Origin: a bacterium
GTDB taxonomy: Bacteria > Lindowbacteria > 2-12-FULL-62-27
Assembly: GCA_016202645.1 (NCBI GenBank)
Contig: JACQOF010000003.1
Coordinates: forward strand, 27,375-91,374
Direction of reading: 5' to 3'
DNA: 64,000 nt
Every line of letters begins with the position of its first letter. The first letter of the stretch is position 1. This document shows, piece after piece, positions 45,480 to 55,885 of this stretch. The notes under the pieces were generated by a model. That model did no database searches. It was not told the origin of the DNA and worked only from the letters and a program-made list of their open reading frames with translations. The translations under genes and the position numbers were made by a program.

Positions 45480-45529
45480 CCTATTGTCAGGCAGACGGAA
45501 TAGAACGAGAAAAAAATGAAGGAAAAAAT

Positions 45530-47065
45530 ATGACTCCTGATACAACCATATTTCGAGACAGCTTTTTGCCGCTCTTTTGGAAACCGCTCAGGACGGCCTA
45601 TATCCTGGGCATACTTCTCGTCATTATTATGGAGTCTACTCTCATGGCAGCCGGCCTGCAAACCCGCTGGCCCCATCTACTATTCGTGTTTGCCGGTGCT
45701 ATATTGAGCATGGCAGTGTTGGCCCTGATTATCACACCGGTTTTCATTTTGTTATTCCCAACCAAGCAGACTCCGGCCGGTGTCTCGACCGCTACCTGTT
45801 TGGGCAAAAATTATTTTTTGCGGTGGGACGAAATCAAAAATGCAAAATTGTGGATACTGCCCTTCGTAAGGCTCGAGTATATTCAAATATCATCCGATCG
45901 AACAAAAAGACCTCTGTATATTGGTTGGTTTATCAGGAGGAATAGGGAATTCGTGGAATTAGTGAGGAAAAACTCTCCAGTGGAAAATCCGCTTAGAAAA
46001 TGCCTTGAGCAACTGATGGGAGACGTCGGATCGGATCGACCTGTTGATGCCGAACGCCGGTCCATGATGAGTCGATTGGCGGACGCCGTCGCGCTGATCC
46101 TGATCGTTGGGGCGTTGCTCGTCCTCGCCAGATATGCCATCAACTCCTTTCGCGCAGCCCGCTTCCGAGCAACACACACGGTTTCCTTCGGTCATCTCAA
46201 CGCGGGCCGGTACGGCATGCCCGCTGTCACGATCGCAGACGAAATGTTCGTCATCGGAGGGGACGGGTCTGATGGATATCTTGGCGACGTGGAGAGATTC
46301 ACTCCGGCCACAGGCCGCGTCCATAGGACGTTTCCGGGACTAATCAAGCGCCGTTACCACACGGCGGAGGCGTTCGAAGGGAAAATCTACATCCTGGGTG
46401 GCTGCGGATCTTGGGCCAGCTTTCCGGATGAATTGGAGATATACGATCCTTCGGACGGTTCGATCCGGCACGGGTCTCCGATCCCGACGACACGGTATCT
46501 TATTTCGTCCGTCGTTCATGACGGCAAGATTTATGTCGTCGGCGGGACTCCTGCCGTGGGATTCTTCAGCGGCTCCACGGCCTCGCCCGACACCCCAGGC
46601 TCCCAACTTGACATCTATACCATTCAAACCAACCGATGGACGCGGGGAGCGCCAATGCCCACTGCGCGCCAGTGCGATGTGGTCGCGCGCGGCCGCAAGA
46701 TATACGCGATCGGCGGATACAATGGCGCCCAGGCCATCCGGTCATTCGAGTCGTACGACATAGATTCAAATCAATGGGAACGGTTGCCGGATATGCCGTT
46801 CGCCGTAAGCGCCCATCGTTGCGTACTCGTTGAAGACCGGATTGTCTGTTTTGGCGACCACGCAAAGATGGATCGGGTCAGCGCATACGACTTCCGTACC
46901 TCACGGTGGGAAACGCTCGAAATCGGATATCACCCCCGCCGTCATGTCGCCGTGACCTCTGTCGAGGACACCGTGTATGTGGTCGGCGGCAACGCCGCAT
47001 CTCCAGGGCTCGACGACATCCAAGCCTTCCCAATCAAGGCGTTTCTTCAGAGTTCGCGCAATTGA
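45530..47065 (+). CDS. membrane-anchored Kelch-repeat beta-propeller protein
   Basis: N-terminal TM segments followed by about six Kelch-like blades (IYILGG, IYVVGG, IYAIGGY, VYVVGG). Confidence 0.65.
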   Translation: MTPDTTIFRDSFLPLFWKPLRTAYILGILLVIIMESTLMAAGLQTRWPHLLFVFAGAILSMAVLALIITPVFILLFPTKQTPAGVSTATCLGKNYFLRWDEIKNAKLWILPFVRLEYIQISSDRTKRPLYIGWFIRRNREFVELVRKNSPVENPLRKCLEQLMGDVGSDRPVDAERRSMMSRLADAVALILIVGALLVLARYAINSFRAARFRATHTVSFGHLNAGRYGMPAVTIADEMFVIGGDGSDGYLGDVERFTPATGRVHRTFPGLIKRRYHTAEAFEGKIYILGGCGSWASFPDELEIYDPSDGSIRHGSPIPTTRYLISSVVHDGKIYVVGGTPAVGFFSGSTASPDTPGSQLDIYTIQTNRWTRGAPMPTARQCDVVARGRKIYAIGGYNGAQAIRSFESYDIDSNQWERLPDMPFAVSAHRCVLVEDRIVCFGDHAKMDRVSAYDFRTSRWETLEIGYHPRRHVAVTSVEDTVYVVGGNAASPGLDDIQAFPIKAFLQSSRN

Positions 47066-47103
47066 AGTCTGACAGGTCGACGTTATTTTTTTGCATTGTC
47101 GGA

Positions 47104-47877
47104 GTGACGGCCTTGGGGTCGGTCGGGTTTGCGTGCGGTTTCTTCGGGCCGATTTTCCTTAACCCCGGCGCCAATCAAGGGCCGTTGTTTGGAATTTTTT
47201 TTACTGGCCCAACCGGTGTTTTGTTGGGATTGGTATTCGGGCTTGCCTCTGCCGCGCTTCGCCTTCGACTCAAGATATTTGCCGCCACACTTGGCGGGAT
47301 TACCTTTGTTTACGCGATGTCGATCCTCTACATGAGTCTTCCGGAGGCCCGGTTGAAGGGATTCGTCATCGACGCAGAGGTTCGCAGCTGTGAATCACCC
47401 GAATTGTCGGTAGCGGACGCCACATCACGTGTATCACGATGGGAGGCCCGCAGATCGAAGAAATCGAGGTGGCGACCGGATTGGAGAGAGGATATCAACC
47501 GGATGCTCGATGCCGACAGCGGCGTTGTTCTCAAACTATTTGTGCATCGCAGAATGGATATATATGAGCAGAGAAAACCGTGGAACAAAGGTCAACTAAA
47601 ACCGACGGCATGGATCGAACAGGACAGTATTCAAATGTTTTTTTCACGTCGTATCGGCCCGTCGTGCAACAATTACCCGCCGGGGTATCGAGCCTATTTT
47701 TCTCCCCAGTGGGAACCAGCCGGTGTTTCCCCGCCCGACATCCTGCCAACTTTTCTGGGGATGCATGTTCTTGAGGCAGTTCTGCCGGAATTCCAGCCGT
47801 TCATCGACGGTTATGGGACAATGACGGATGAAAAATTGGGCGGCCGCATCAAAACGGAGATCCCCGAAAACAAATAA
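47104..47877 (+). CDS. hypothetical membrane protein
   Basis: Three N-terminal TM helices and a soluble C-terminal domain. The start is uncertain: GTG at 47104 or TTG at 47113, downstream of the Kelch gene stop. Confidence 0.4.
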   Translation: MTALGSVGFACGFFGPIFLNPGANQGPLFGIFFTGPTGVLLGLVFGLASAALRLRLKIFAATLGGITFVYAMSILYMSLPEARLKGFVIDAEVRSCESPELSVADATSRVSRWEARRSKKSRWRPDWREDINRMLDADSGVVLKLFVHRRMDIYEQRKPWNKGQLKPTAWIEQDSIQMFFSRRIGPSCNNYPPGYRAYFSPQWEPAGVSPPDILPTFLGMHVLEAVLPEFQPFIDGYGTMTDEKLGGRIKTEIPENK

Positions 47878-47933
47878 ACCTAAGTCTGACCCCATGACCC
47901 CATGCTGACTCCCACGAATCCCCAAATTATTCC

Positions 47934-47962
47934 TTGACATACCTCATAGTTAAAGGTATAAG
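47934..47962 (+). promoter_or_regulatory. sigma70-type promoter TTGACA-N17-TATAAG with embedded inverted repeat ATACC-N11-GGTAT; predicted leaderless start for padR
   Basis: The -10 hexamer ends 6 nt before the ATG at 47969. The inverted repeat lies in the spacer. Confidence 0.5.
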
Positions 47963-47968
47963 CAGGTC

Positions 47969-48319
47969 ATGGTCAAGACGAACCCCAATTTCATGAACGG
48001 TGTGCCCGAGCTTCTGGTGTTGCGGTTGCTTTCCGAGAGGGAGATGTACGGGTACGAGCTGGTCAAGGAGATCCGGGCTGTGACGAAAGAGAGCCTGGGG
48101 TTCGGAGAGGGGTGCATCTACCCCATCCTGCATTCCCTGGAGGAAGACGGTGTCCTAGCCAGTCGGCGCAGGCAGGTGAATGGCAGATCCCGGTATTACT
48201 ATCGTTTGACCGCCGCGGGCGCCCCGCGTCTCGAGAAATTGGCCGCGGAATGGGAACGAGTGAGGCGGGGGATCGTTCTCGCCATGGGAGGCATGCGTGA
48301 GCGATTCGCGGGCGTTTGA
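47969..48319 (+). CDS. PadR-family transcriptional regulator
   Basis: 116 aa with the PadR winged-helix signature LLVLRLLSEREMYGYELVKEI...GCIYPILHSLEEDG. Confidence 0.85.
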   Translation: MVKTNPNFMNGVPELLVLRLLSEREMYGYELVKEIRAVTKESLGFGEGCIYPILHSLEEDGVLASRRRQVNGRSRYYYRLTAAGAPRLEKLAAEWERVRRGIVLAMGGMRERFAGV

Positions 48320-49052
48320 CCGACTGCGGCATCTTTTGATCCACCGGGGTTTGCCGCTCGGATATGTGGACCGGGCGATCACGGAATTATCGGAGCATCG
48401 CGAAAACGGAAAGCACGATGCCATGGCCGACGGCATGGATCCCAACCTCGCCGATCAGATCTCCCTTGAGAACTTGGGTGACATCGACAAACTTGCGGCC
48501 GTCATCTCCGAACGGATGCGCCGCCGGACGATACTGGGCCGCCATCCCGTGCTATTTTTTGTGATCGCCCCGGTTGTGCTTCTTTTCCTGACGGGCGTGT
48601 TGGCCATCCTGGCGACGCCGATCATCTGCAATCTGATCCATACGATGTCCGGTGGAGCCGTCAAATATGAAGGCCCGCCACCATATCTGTATCCCCATAT
48701 CCGGGGATTTTTTCATTTTCTGAATTTTGGCCTTCTGCCGATCCTGGCCCTGGCCATGTGCCTGACGGCCCGCAAGTTTTTTTGTGGGTTCCGCTGGGCC
48801 TTCTGCGCGTCTCTGATTCTGGGGTTGGCCGGCTATTTCTTTTTCTACCACGTGCATATCCCGCCGGCCTGGGCCGACCCGGGTGAATTTGGAATTGGGT
48901 ATGGGTTCGGAAATTGGTTGAGCCCCGAAATATTCCACCGAAGGGAATGCACTCTCCGGTTTCTTGCCGCTGTGACGCGGCTTCTCCTGCCTTTGGCCGC
49001 GTTTGGGCTTTTTTATTATCTCCATTCTTCCCGGCGGCTCTTGAAGTCCTGA
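48297..49052 (+). CDS. PadR-associated polytopic membrane protein
   Basis: GTG start overlapping the padR 3' end. A soluble N-terminal helical domain is followed by about five TM helices. Confidence 0.5.
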   Translation: MSDSRAFDRLRHLLIHRGLPLGYVDRAITELSEHRENGKHDAMADGMDPNLADQISLENLGDIDKLAAVISERMRRRTILGRHPVLFFVIAPVVLLFLTGVLAILATPIICNLIHTMSGGAVKYEGPPPYLYPHIRGFFHFLNFGLLPILALAMCLTARKFFCGFRWAFCASLILGLAGYFFFYHVHIPPAWADPGEFGIGYGFGNWLSPEIFHRRECTLRFLAAVTRLLLPLAAFGLFYYLHSSRRLLKS

Positions 49053-49229
49053 CGTTTGTTCCAAATCGCGCCAAGCGTCGGGCTTCACCTGGGCCGTTTC
49101 GAATACAAGCTCGGATACCGCCGGCTCAAGATCTCCGGTGACCGCCTGACCGGCCCCGAATTTTCCGTGCGGGTGTGGTTTTAGGCCAGTTCTTGAGCTT
49201 CCGGCCCGGATGGGCTAGGATGCGCTTCG

Positions 49230-51935
49230 ATGGCTGAATCCAAATTGTCGGGTACGGTGCTTCTTCCCAAAACGTCGTTTGCGATGCGCGGACAGATGGC
49301 GCGCCAGGAACCTCTGCGGCTGGAGGCTTGGGCGCGGCGCGATGTCTATGCGAAGCTCCGCGCGGCCCGGAAAAACGCGCCCGCGTTTTATCTGCACGAC
49401 GGGCCGCCCTACGCGAACGGGAACATCCACATCGGGCACGCGCTGAACAAGATTCTCAAGGACATTGTCGTCCGATACAAATTTTCGCGCGGGTTCGACG
49501 CGCCCTATCTGCCCGGCTGGGACTGTCACGGACTGCCGATCGAGCTCAAGGCTCTCGAAGGCAGGCCCGGCGGGGACAAGCTGTCGATCCGGAAGGCTTG
49601 CCGGGCCTACGCCGAAAAATATCTGTCGATCCAGCGGGAGGAATTCAAGCGGCTCGGGATTCTGGGGGAATTTGAGAATCCCTACGTCACGATGAATCCC
49701 GCCTATCAGGCAGGCATCCTCGAGGGGCTGGCGAACCTGGTCGAGCGTGGATTCATCGCGCGCGCCGAAAAGCCCGTCCTCTGGTGCGCACGGTGCCGGA
49801 CGGCGCTGGCGGACGCGGAAGTCGAGTACGAGGAGGACGAGACCCCGGCGATCACCGTGAAGTTTCCGGTTGATGGCGAATCAAAAACATTTCTACTGAT
49901 CTGGACGACGACGCCCTGGACATTACCGGCCAACCTTGCCGTCGCCGTGAACCCGGAAGCCCGTTATGTGCGCGCGAAAGTCGGCGGCGAGACGTGGATC
50001 GTCGCCGAATCCCGCGCGGGCGTGTCCGGAGTTCCGGCCGGCGCGGAGGCGGAGACCCTGAAGGGATCGGACCTCACGTCTCTGACCTACCGGCATCCCT
50101 TCGCCGCCAGGACCGGCCGCGTTTTTCCCGCCGGGTTTGTAACGCTTGACGCCGGCACCGGCCTCGTCCACATCGCGCCGGGCCACGGCGACGAGGATTT
50201 CCAGCTCGGCCGGAAAGTCGGTCTTCCGACGTTCTGTCCGGTCGACGCCGCCGGAAAATTGACGGCCGACGCCGGCGAATTTGCCGGGCGGTCGGTTTTC
50301 GACGCCAACCCCGCCATCATTGACAAACTTGAGTCCAGCGGCTCGCTCGTGAAACACGAAAAGATGACCCACAGTTACCCGCACTGCTGGCGATGCAAAA
50401 AACCGGTGATCTTCCGCGCCACTCCCCAGTGGTTTCTGAAAGTCGACCATGAGGATCTCCGCAAAAAAATGCTGGCGGCGATATCCCGGATCCGGTGGGT
50501 CCCGGCCGCCGGCGAAAAGCGGATCGCCGGGATGGTCGAATCGCGGCCGGACTGGTGCATTTCGCGCCAGCGGGCCTGGGGCGTCCCGATCCCGGCGGTG
50601 CACTGCGAATCGTGCGGCAAGGCGCATCTCCGGCCGGACGTGATCCGTAATCTTGCCGGCCGCTGCTCGGCCGATCCCGCCGGCGCGGATGTCTGGTTTT
50701 CGGATTCTCCGTCCGCGTTTCTGCCCGCGGGCTGGACGTGTCCCGACTGTGGCGGGGCGAAGTTCCGGCGCGAGGAGGACATTCTCGATGTCTGGTTTGA
50801 CTCCGGCATGTCTCATGTGGCGGCTCTGGAAAAAAGATATGGCGTCTGGCCGGCGGATTTATATCTCGAAGGATCCGACCAGCACCGCGGCTGGTTTCAG
50901 CTGTCTCTCCTGGTGGCCATCGCGCTCAAGGGTCACGCGCCGTTCCGGCAGGTGCTCACGCACGGATTTGTGATGGACGGCGAAGGCCGGAAGATGTCGA
51001 AATCGATCGGCAACGTCGTCACGCCCCAGGAGATCGTCCAACAGCACGGCGCCGACGTTCTTCGTTTGTGGGCGGCCTCCTGCGATTATTCGGGCGACGT
51101 GCGTCTGGGTCCCGCGATCCTGGCCGAGACCGTGGACACGTACCGCCGGATCCGGAATACCATCCGCTTTCTTCTGGGTGTGCTGTTTGATTTCGAGCCG
51201 CGCATGGCCATTCCGGCGCCGGACCTCGACCCAATTGACCGCTACCTACTTGGGCGGCTGGTGGTTCTGACGCGGGAGTGCCTCGCCGGTTACGACGATT
51301 ATGATTTCTCGGCGGTAAGCCGCCGTCTCCGGAATTTCTGCGCGGAAGACCTGTCGGGATTTTATCTCGACGTTCTCAAGGACCGCCTCTACTGTGACGC
51401 GGCGGACTCCAAACGCCGCCGTTCTTCACAGACCGTCCTCTGGACCGCTTGCGAACAGATCCTGCAGTTGATCACGCCGATCCTGCCCTTCACGGCCGAC
51501 GAGGCGATGGAAAGCTGGAACCGCCCGGACCTGGCGACCGCGGAAATCCGGCCGCCCCAGGTCGCGCCGGACGAAGAACTGGAGCAGGTGTTTGGGCACC
51601 TCCTGCGTGTCCGAAAGGACGTCAACCTAAAGATTGAAGAATGCCGGAAGTCCGGACAGATCGGCGGTTCGCTTGATGCGCGCGTCTCGATCCGGACGGC
51701 CGGGGACGAAGGATCCGCGCTCCGGATGTTCGAATCCTCTCTGCCGGAAATCCTCATCGTCTCCTCGGTGGAACTTTCAAACTCCGCGGGAGACCGGGAC
51801 ATCCGGGTCGGGCGAGTTTCGGGCGAAAAATGCGAGCGTTGCTGGAAATATGTTCCGGCCCGAATCGCCGCGCCGCCGGGACTCATCTGCGCCCGTTGCG
51901 CGGGGGTTCTGGACAGCGCTCCCGGCCAAGCCTAG
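49230..51935 (+). CDS. ileS: isoleucine--tRNA ligase
   Basis: HIGH motif (NGNIHIGH), KMSKS motif, and a C-terminal CxxC...CxxC zinc finger. Confidence 0.95.
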   Translation: MAESKLSGTVLLPKTSFAMRGQMARQEPLRLEAWARRDVYAKLRAARKNAPAFYLHDGPPYANGNIHIGHALNKILKDIVVRYKFSRGFDAPYLPGWDCHGLPIELKALEGRPGGDKLSIRKACRAYAEKYLSIQREEFKRLGILGEFENPYVTMNPAYQAGILEGLANLVERGFIARAEKPVLWCARCRTALADAEVEYEEDETPAITVKFPVDGESKTFLLIWTTTPWTLPANLAVAVNPEARYVRAKVGGETWIVAESRAGVSGVPAGAEAETLKGSDLTSLTYRHPFAARTGRVFPAGFVTLDAGTGLVHIAPGHGDEDFQLGRKVGLPTFCPVDAAGKLTADAGEFAGRSVFDANPAIIDKLESSGSLVKHEKMTHSYPHCWRCKKPVIFRATPQWFLKVDHEDLRKKMLAAISRIRWVPAAGEKRIAGMVESRPDWCISRQRAWGVPIPAVHCESCGKAHLRPDVIRNLAGRCSADPAGADVWFSDSPSAFLPAGWTCPDCGGAKFRREEDILDVWFDSGMSHVAALEKRYGVWPADLYLEGSDQHRGWFQLSLLVAIALKGHAPFRQVLTHGFVMDGEGRKMSKSIGNVVTPQEIVQQHGADVLRLWAASCDYSGDVRLGPAILAETVDTYRRIRNTIRFLLGVLFDFEPRMAIPAPDLDPIDRYLLGRLVVLTRECLAGYDDYDFSAVSRRLRNFCAEDLSGFYLDVLKDRLYCDAADSKRRRSSQTVLWTACEQILQLITPILPFTADEAMESWNRPDLATAEIRPPQVAPDEELEQVFGHLLRVRKDVNLKIEECRKSGQIGGSLDARVSIRTAGDEGSALRMFESSLPEILIVSSVELSNSAGDRDIRVGRVSGEKCERCWKYVPARIAAPPGLICARCAGVLDSAPGQA

Positions 51936-51942
51936 GCGAACC

Positions 51943-52410
51943 GTGTCACCCTATCTTGGAATTGTGGTCGCGGTGGTATTGGTGCTTGACCAGGCCACGA
52001 AGTGGCTCATCCGCGCGAATTTTCATCCCTACGAAACGCGCCAGATCCTCGGCGACGTTTTTCACCTGACCTTCTACCAGAACACCGGCATGGCATTCGG
52101 TCTACTGGAAGGCTATTCCGGCGTCATCGCGGTATTTTCGGTGTTTGCCATCGGATTTCTCATTTATTTTTCTCGAAGATTTCGCAAGGAAAAAATCATC
52201 CTCGCCAGTCTCGGCCTCGTCATCGGCGGCGCCCTCGGCAACCTCGTCGATCGGATCGTCCTCACGGGTGTCGTCGATTTTCTCGATTTTGGATTCGGCA
52301 AGTACCGCTGGCCGGCGTTTAACGTCGCCGACATCTGCATTTCCGTCGGCATTGGTCTGCTGGTCCTCTACTCAGCCCGCCCGCCGGAACCTGGCGATGA
52401 CCGCCCGTGA
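51943..52410 (+). CDS. lspA: lipoprotein signal peptidase II
   Basis: GTG start. Motifs NTGMAFG and FNVADICI are present. The ileS-lspA arrangement is classic synteny. Confidence 0.85.
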   Translation: MSPYLGIVVAVVLVLDQATKWLIRANFHPYETRQILGDVFHLTFYQNTGMAFGLLEGYSGVIAVFSVFAIGFLIYFSRRFRKEKIILASLGLVIGGALGNLVDRIVLTGVVDFLDFGFGKYRWPAFNVADICISVGIGLLVLYSARPPEPGDDRP

Positions 52411-53105
52411 CGGATTTCAAGATCGACGTGGTTTTCGAGGACTCGTTCATGATGGCTGTCAACAAGCCCGAGGGTCTTCCGGTTCACCCCGGCGCCGGGC
52501 ATGAACGCGACACGCTCGTGGATCTGCTCCATGCCCGCGGAGTCCCCCTTGCCAATCTGCCGGACGCCGCCCGGGAGGGATTGGTCCACCGGCTCGACAA
52601 GGACACCAGCGGCATCCTGCTCATCGCCAAGGACGCGGCGGTCGGGGAGGCGCTCATGCGGCAGTTTGCCGAGCGAAAAGTCGAAAAAGAGTACCGGGCC
52701 GTGGTGATGGGCCGATTCCCCGCGCGGCCTCTCCGAATCGTCGGCGCGATCGGCCGGGACATCCGAAACCGGAAGAAATTGACGGTGCGGCGCGGCGGCC
52801 GGCCGGCCGTGACCGTTGCGGAGCTTCTGGAAGTGAGCGGCGGCGCCAGTCTCATCCGCATTCTTCCGGAAACCGGCCGGACCCACCAGATCCGGGTGCA
52901 TCTGTCTCACGCCGGGTTTCCCATTCTCGGCGATCCGATCTACGGCCGCACCCAGTCCGCGCGGAGCCCGGCCCGGCGCATGCTTCTCCACGCCTACCGT
53001 CTGAAATTCCAGCATCCCCAAACCCAAAAATGGCTCGATCTGACCGCGCCCCCGCCCGAATCGTTTGCGAGCGCCCTCCGGGCCATGGGGTTTTCGACGG
53101 CGTAA
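52407..53105 (+). CDS. RluA-family pseudouridine synthase
   Basis: Catalytic motif HRLDKDTSG is present, and the C-terminal Y-rich motif as well. Confidence 0.85.
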   Translation: MTDFKIDVVFEDSFMMAVNKPEGLPVHPGAGHERDTLVDLLHARGVPLANLPDAAREGLVHRLDKDTSGILLIAKDAAVGEALMRQFAERKVEKEYRAVVMGRFPARPLRIVGAIGRDIRNRKKLTVRRGGRPAVTVAELLEVSGGASLIRILPETGRTHQIRVHLSHAGFPILGDPIYGRTQSARSPARRMLLHAYRLKFQHPQTQKWLDLTAPPPESFASALRAMGFSTA

Positions 53106-53150
53106 ATTCCCGCTTTTCACTTCCGTGATTTCATAGTAGCCTCTCCCGTC

Positions 53151-53939
53151 ATGGCGAAGTCACCGAAGACGACTTCCGGAGAAACGCGGCCGGACGGCCG
53201 GGCGTATGACCAGCTCAGGCCCATTCAGATTCAGATCGGGTATCAGACGGCGGCTGAAGGATCGGCGCTCATCGAGCAGGGCCAAACGCGCGTCCTCTGC
53301 ACGGCGTCCGTCGAACACTCCCAGCCGCCTCACCTCAGGGGGACCCCCCGCGGATGGGTCACGGCGGAGTACGGGATGCTGCCGCGCGCGAATCCCAAAC
53401 GCCGAGCTCTGCGCGAGTCGGTCACGGGCCGCCGCAAGGGCCGGACGTTTGAAATTGAGCGGATGATCGGCCGTGCGCTTCGGTCCGTGACGGATCTCAC
53501 GGCCATCGGGCCGCGAACTCTCTATGTCGACTGCGACGTTCTGCAGGCCGACGGCGGCACGCGGACGGCGTCGGTGATTGGCGGATTTCTGGCGCTGGCC
53601 GACGCGTTTCAGAAAGGCGTTCAGAAAGGTCAGTTCGCGTCTATGCCGATCCACGCCTATGTGGCGGGGATTTCCGTCGGCCTCATCAGGCGGCGGGGGG
53701 TTCGCGCGCCACACCTCGACATGACGTTCGAAGAGGACACGGCCGCGCTCGTCGACATGAACGTGGTCTGGACGTCGAACGGCCGGCTGGCCGAAGTGGG
53801 CGTGGCGGGCGAGGAAGAGACGTTTGCAGAGGAAGAATTGTCGGAACTTTTGGCCTTGTCGAAATCCGGCGCGGAGACGATTTTCGAAATTCAGCGGCGC
53901 CTTTTGCCCCTCGATTTTCCATCGAGTCAGCCGGCATGA
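53151..53939 (+). CDS. rph: ribonuclease PH
   Basis: RNase PH motifs are present, and it forms the conserved rph-rdgB gene pair. Confidence 0.9.
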   Translation: MAKSPKTTSGETRPDGRAYDQLRPIQIQIGYQTAAEGSALIEQGQTRVLCTASVEHSQPPHLRGTPRGWVTAEYGMLPRANPKRRALRESVTGRRKGRTFEIERMIGRALRSVTDLTAIGPRTLYVDCDVLQADGGTRTASVIGGFLALADAFQKGVQKGQFASMPIHAYVAGISVGLIRRRGVRAPHLDMTFEEDTAALVDMNVVWTSNGRLAEVGVAGEEETFAEEELSELLALSKSGAETIFEIQRRLLPLDFPSSQPA

Positions 53940-54520
53940 AACTCGTTCTCGCGACGAAAAACCGCGGAAAACAACTTGAACTCCAGGCCCTCCTCGCGCC
54001 CTTTCAGGTCGATGTCCACACCATGCCGGCGGACCTGAGCGTCGAGGAGGACGGCGACAGTTATCTTGAAAACGCGGTGAAAAAGGCCTCGGCGGTGGCG
54101 CGGTCGGCCGGCGCGTTTTCCCTCGCCGACGATTCGGGAATCGAAGTTGACGCCATGGACGGCGCGCCGGGAGTCCATTCCGCGCGGTTCTTGAACGGGG
54201 CAACGGATGAGGAAAAATGCCAAAAGATTCTGGATCTCCTTCGGGGCCGGTCCCGCCGCGGCGCGAAATTCCGGATTGCATTGGCGCTGGCCGACCCCGC
54301 GCGGATTCATTTCGCGGCGCATGCGGAACTCCCCGGCCGGATCGCCGACCAGGTCCGGGGCACTTCGGGATTTGGCTACGATCCGATCTTCATCCCGGAC
54401 GGCCACAGCCGGACTCTTGCCGAAATGAACTCGACGGAAAAGAACGCGCTCTCCCACCGGGGCCGCGCGGTCCGGGCGCTGATCCGGTTTTTAAAATATG
54501 CGAAAGTAGCGCACGCATGA
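53936..54520 (+). CDS. rdgB: dITP/XTP pyrophosphatase (Ham1/RdgB)
   Basis: LVLATKNRGK at the N-terminus and FGYDPIF. ATGA overlap with rph. Confidence 0.9.
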   Translation: MKLVLATKNRGKQLELQALLAPFQVDVHTMPADLSVEEDGDSYLENAVKKASAVARSAGAFSLADDSGIEVDAMDGAPGVHSARFLNGATDEEKCQKILDLLRGRSRRGAKFRIALALADPARIHFAAHAELPGRIADQVRGTSGFGYDPIFIPDGHSRTLAEMNSTEKNALSHRGRAVRALIRFLKYAKVAHA

Positions 54521-55881
54521 GCCGCATCGCCGTCATCGGCACGGGCTATGTGGGACTGGTGACCGGCGTGTGCTTCGCCGACCTCGGCAACCGGGTCCTC
54601 TGCGTTGACTCGGACCGGAAAAAAATCGAAACGCTTTTGCGCGGCGAATCTCCGATCTTCGAGCCGGGCCTTTCGGAACTCCTGACGGCGAACATCCAGC
54701 GGGGCCGGATCGATTTTACGTCGTCCCTGCAATCGGCGGTCGACCAATCCGAAATTCTCTTCATCGCGGTCGGCACACCCCAGAACCCCCGCACCGGCGA
54801 GGCCGACCTGAGTTTCGTGTGGCAGGTCGCCCGACAGCTCGGGCGGGTCATCCGGTCCGGGCAAAACCGGACGGTGGTCGTGAAGAGCACGGTGCCGGTC
54901 GGAACGACGGTGTCTCTCGAGAAGCGGATCCGGGCGGAACTTGCGCGCCGCAAAGTCCGCGCGGCCGTGACGGCGGTGTCGAATCCGGAATTTTTGCGGG
55001 AGGGCAGCGCCGTCCGGGATTTCATGGAGCCGGACCGGGTCGTGGTCGGATCGCGGGACGCCAAATCCCGCCGGAAAATTTCCGCCCTCTACAAACCCCT
55101 GGGCGCGCCCGTCCTCGAGACGGAGCCGGAAAGCTCCGAGATGATCAAGTACGCCTCGAACGCGCTCCTGGCCGCGAAGATTTCCTTCATCAACGAAATC
55201 GCCAACGTCTGCGAGGGCGTCGGAGCCGACATCATGGACGTCGCGCGGGGGGTCGGGATGGACAAGCGCATCGGCGCGCATTTTCTGTCGGCCGGGATCG
55301 GTTACGGCGGCTCGTGTTTTCCCAAGGATACCGAGGCCCTGGTGTACATCGCCGGCAAGGGCGGCGTGCGGTCGCATATCCTCGAGTCGGTCGTCGCCGT
55401 CAACCGCGCCCAGCGCCGCCGGTTTCTCGACAAGATCGTCCGCTTCTACGGAGGGCGGCTCAAGGGCCGTCGCTTCGCGGTTCTCGGGCTGGCCTTCAAA
55501 CCCAACACGGACGACATGCGGGAGGCGCCGGCGATTGACATCATCCGTGGCCTGGTAAAGCGCGGCGCCCAGGTTTCGGCCTACGACCCGGTGGCGATGT
55601 CGGCGGCGCAGGCAAGTCTTCCCCGCATCACCTACGCGCCGGACCCGTATGCGGCGGCCCAAGGCGCCGATGCGGCGGTGATTCTGACGGAATGGAACGA
55701 ATTCAAGGAACTGGATCTTCGGAAACTAAGGCGCCTCCTCAAACATCCGGTCCTCTTCGACGGCCGGAACATCTTCCCGCCCCGCCAGCTCTCGGAACTC
55801 GGGTTCCAGTACATCAGCGTCGGCCGTGCAGCGGTTCCCGTTCTGCGAAGCCCCCAGAAGCGTCAGCGCAGTCGGGCGTAG
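54517..55881 (+). CDS. ugd: UDP-glucose 6-dehydrogenase
   Basis: N-terminal Rossmann motif [11 protein letters not shown] and the catalytic Cys in GGSCFPKD. Start ATGA-overlaps rdgB. Confidence 0.9.
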   Translation: MSRIAVIGTGYVGLVTGVCFADLGNRVLCVDSDRKKIETLLRGESPIFEPGLSELLTANIQRGRIDFTSSLQSAVDQSEILFIAVGTPQNPRTGEADLSFVWQVARQLGRVIRSGQNRTVVVKSTVPVGTTVSLEKRIRAELARRKVRAAVTAVSNPEFLREGSAVRDFMEPDRVVVGSRDAKSRRKISALYKPLGAPVLETEPESSEMIKYASNALLAAKISFINEIANVCEGVGADIMDVARGVGMDKRIGAHFLSAGIGYGGSCFPKDTEALVYIAGKGGVRSHILESVVAVNRAQRRRFLDKIVRFYGGRLKGRRFAVLGLAFKPNTDDMREAPAIDIIRGLVKRGAQVSAYDPVAMSAAQASLPRITYAPDPYAAAQGADAAVILTEWNEFKELDLRKLRRLLKHPVLFDGRNIFPPRQLSELGFQYISVGRAAVPVLRSPQKRQRSRA

Positions 55882-55885
55882 CAGA

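Noticed and set aside
49053-49229. Looked for a T-box leader upstream of ileS
   Set aside because: No specifier-loop, T-box conserved sequence (AATTAGGGTGG-like) or terminator/antiterminator pair is recognisable. T-boxes are also uncommon outside Firmicutes-like lineages.
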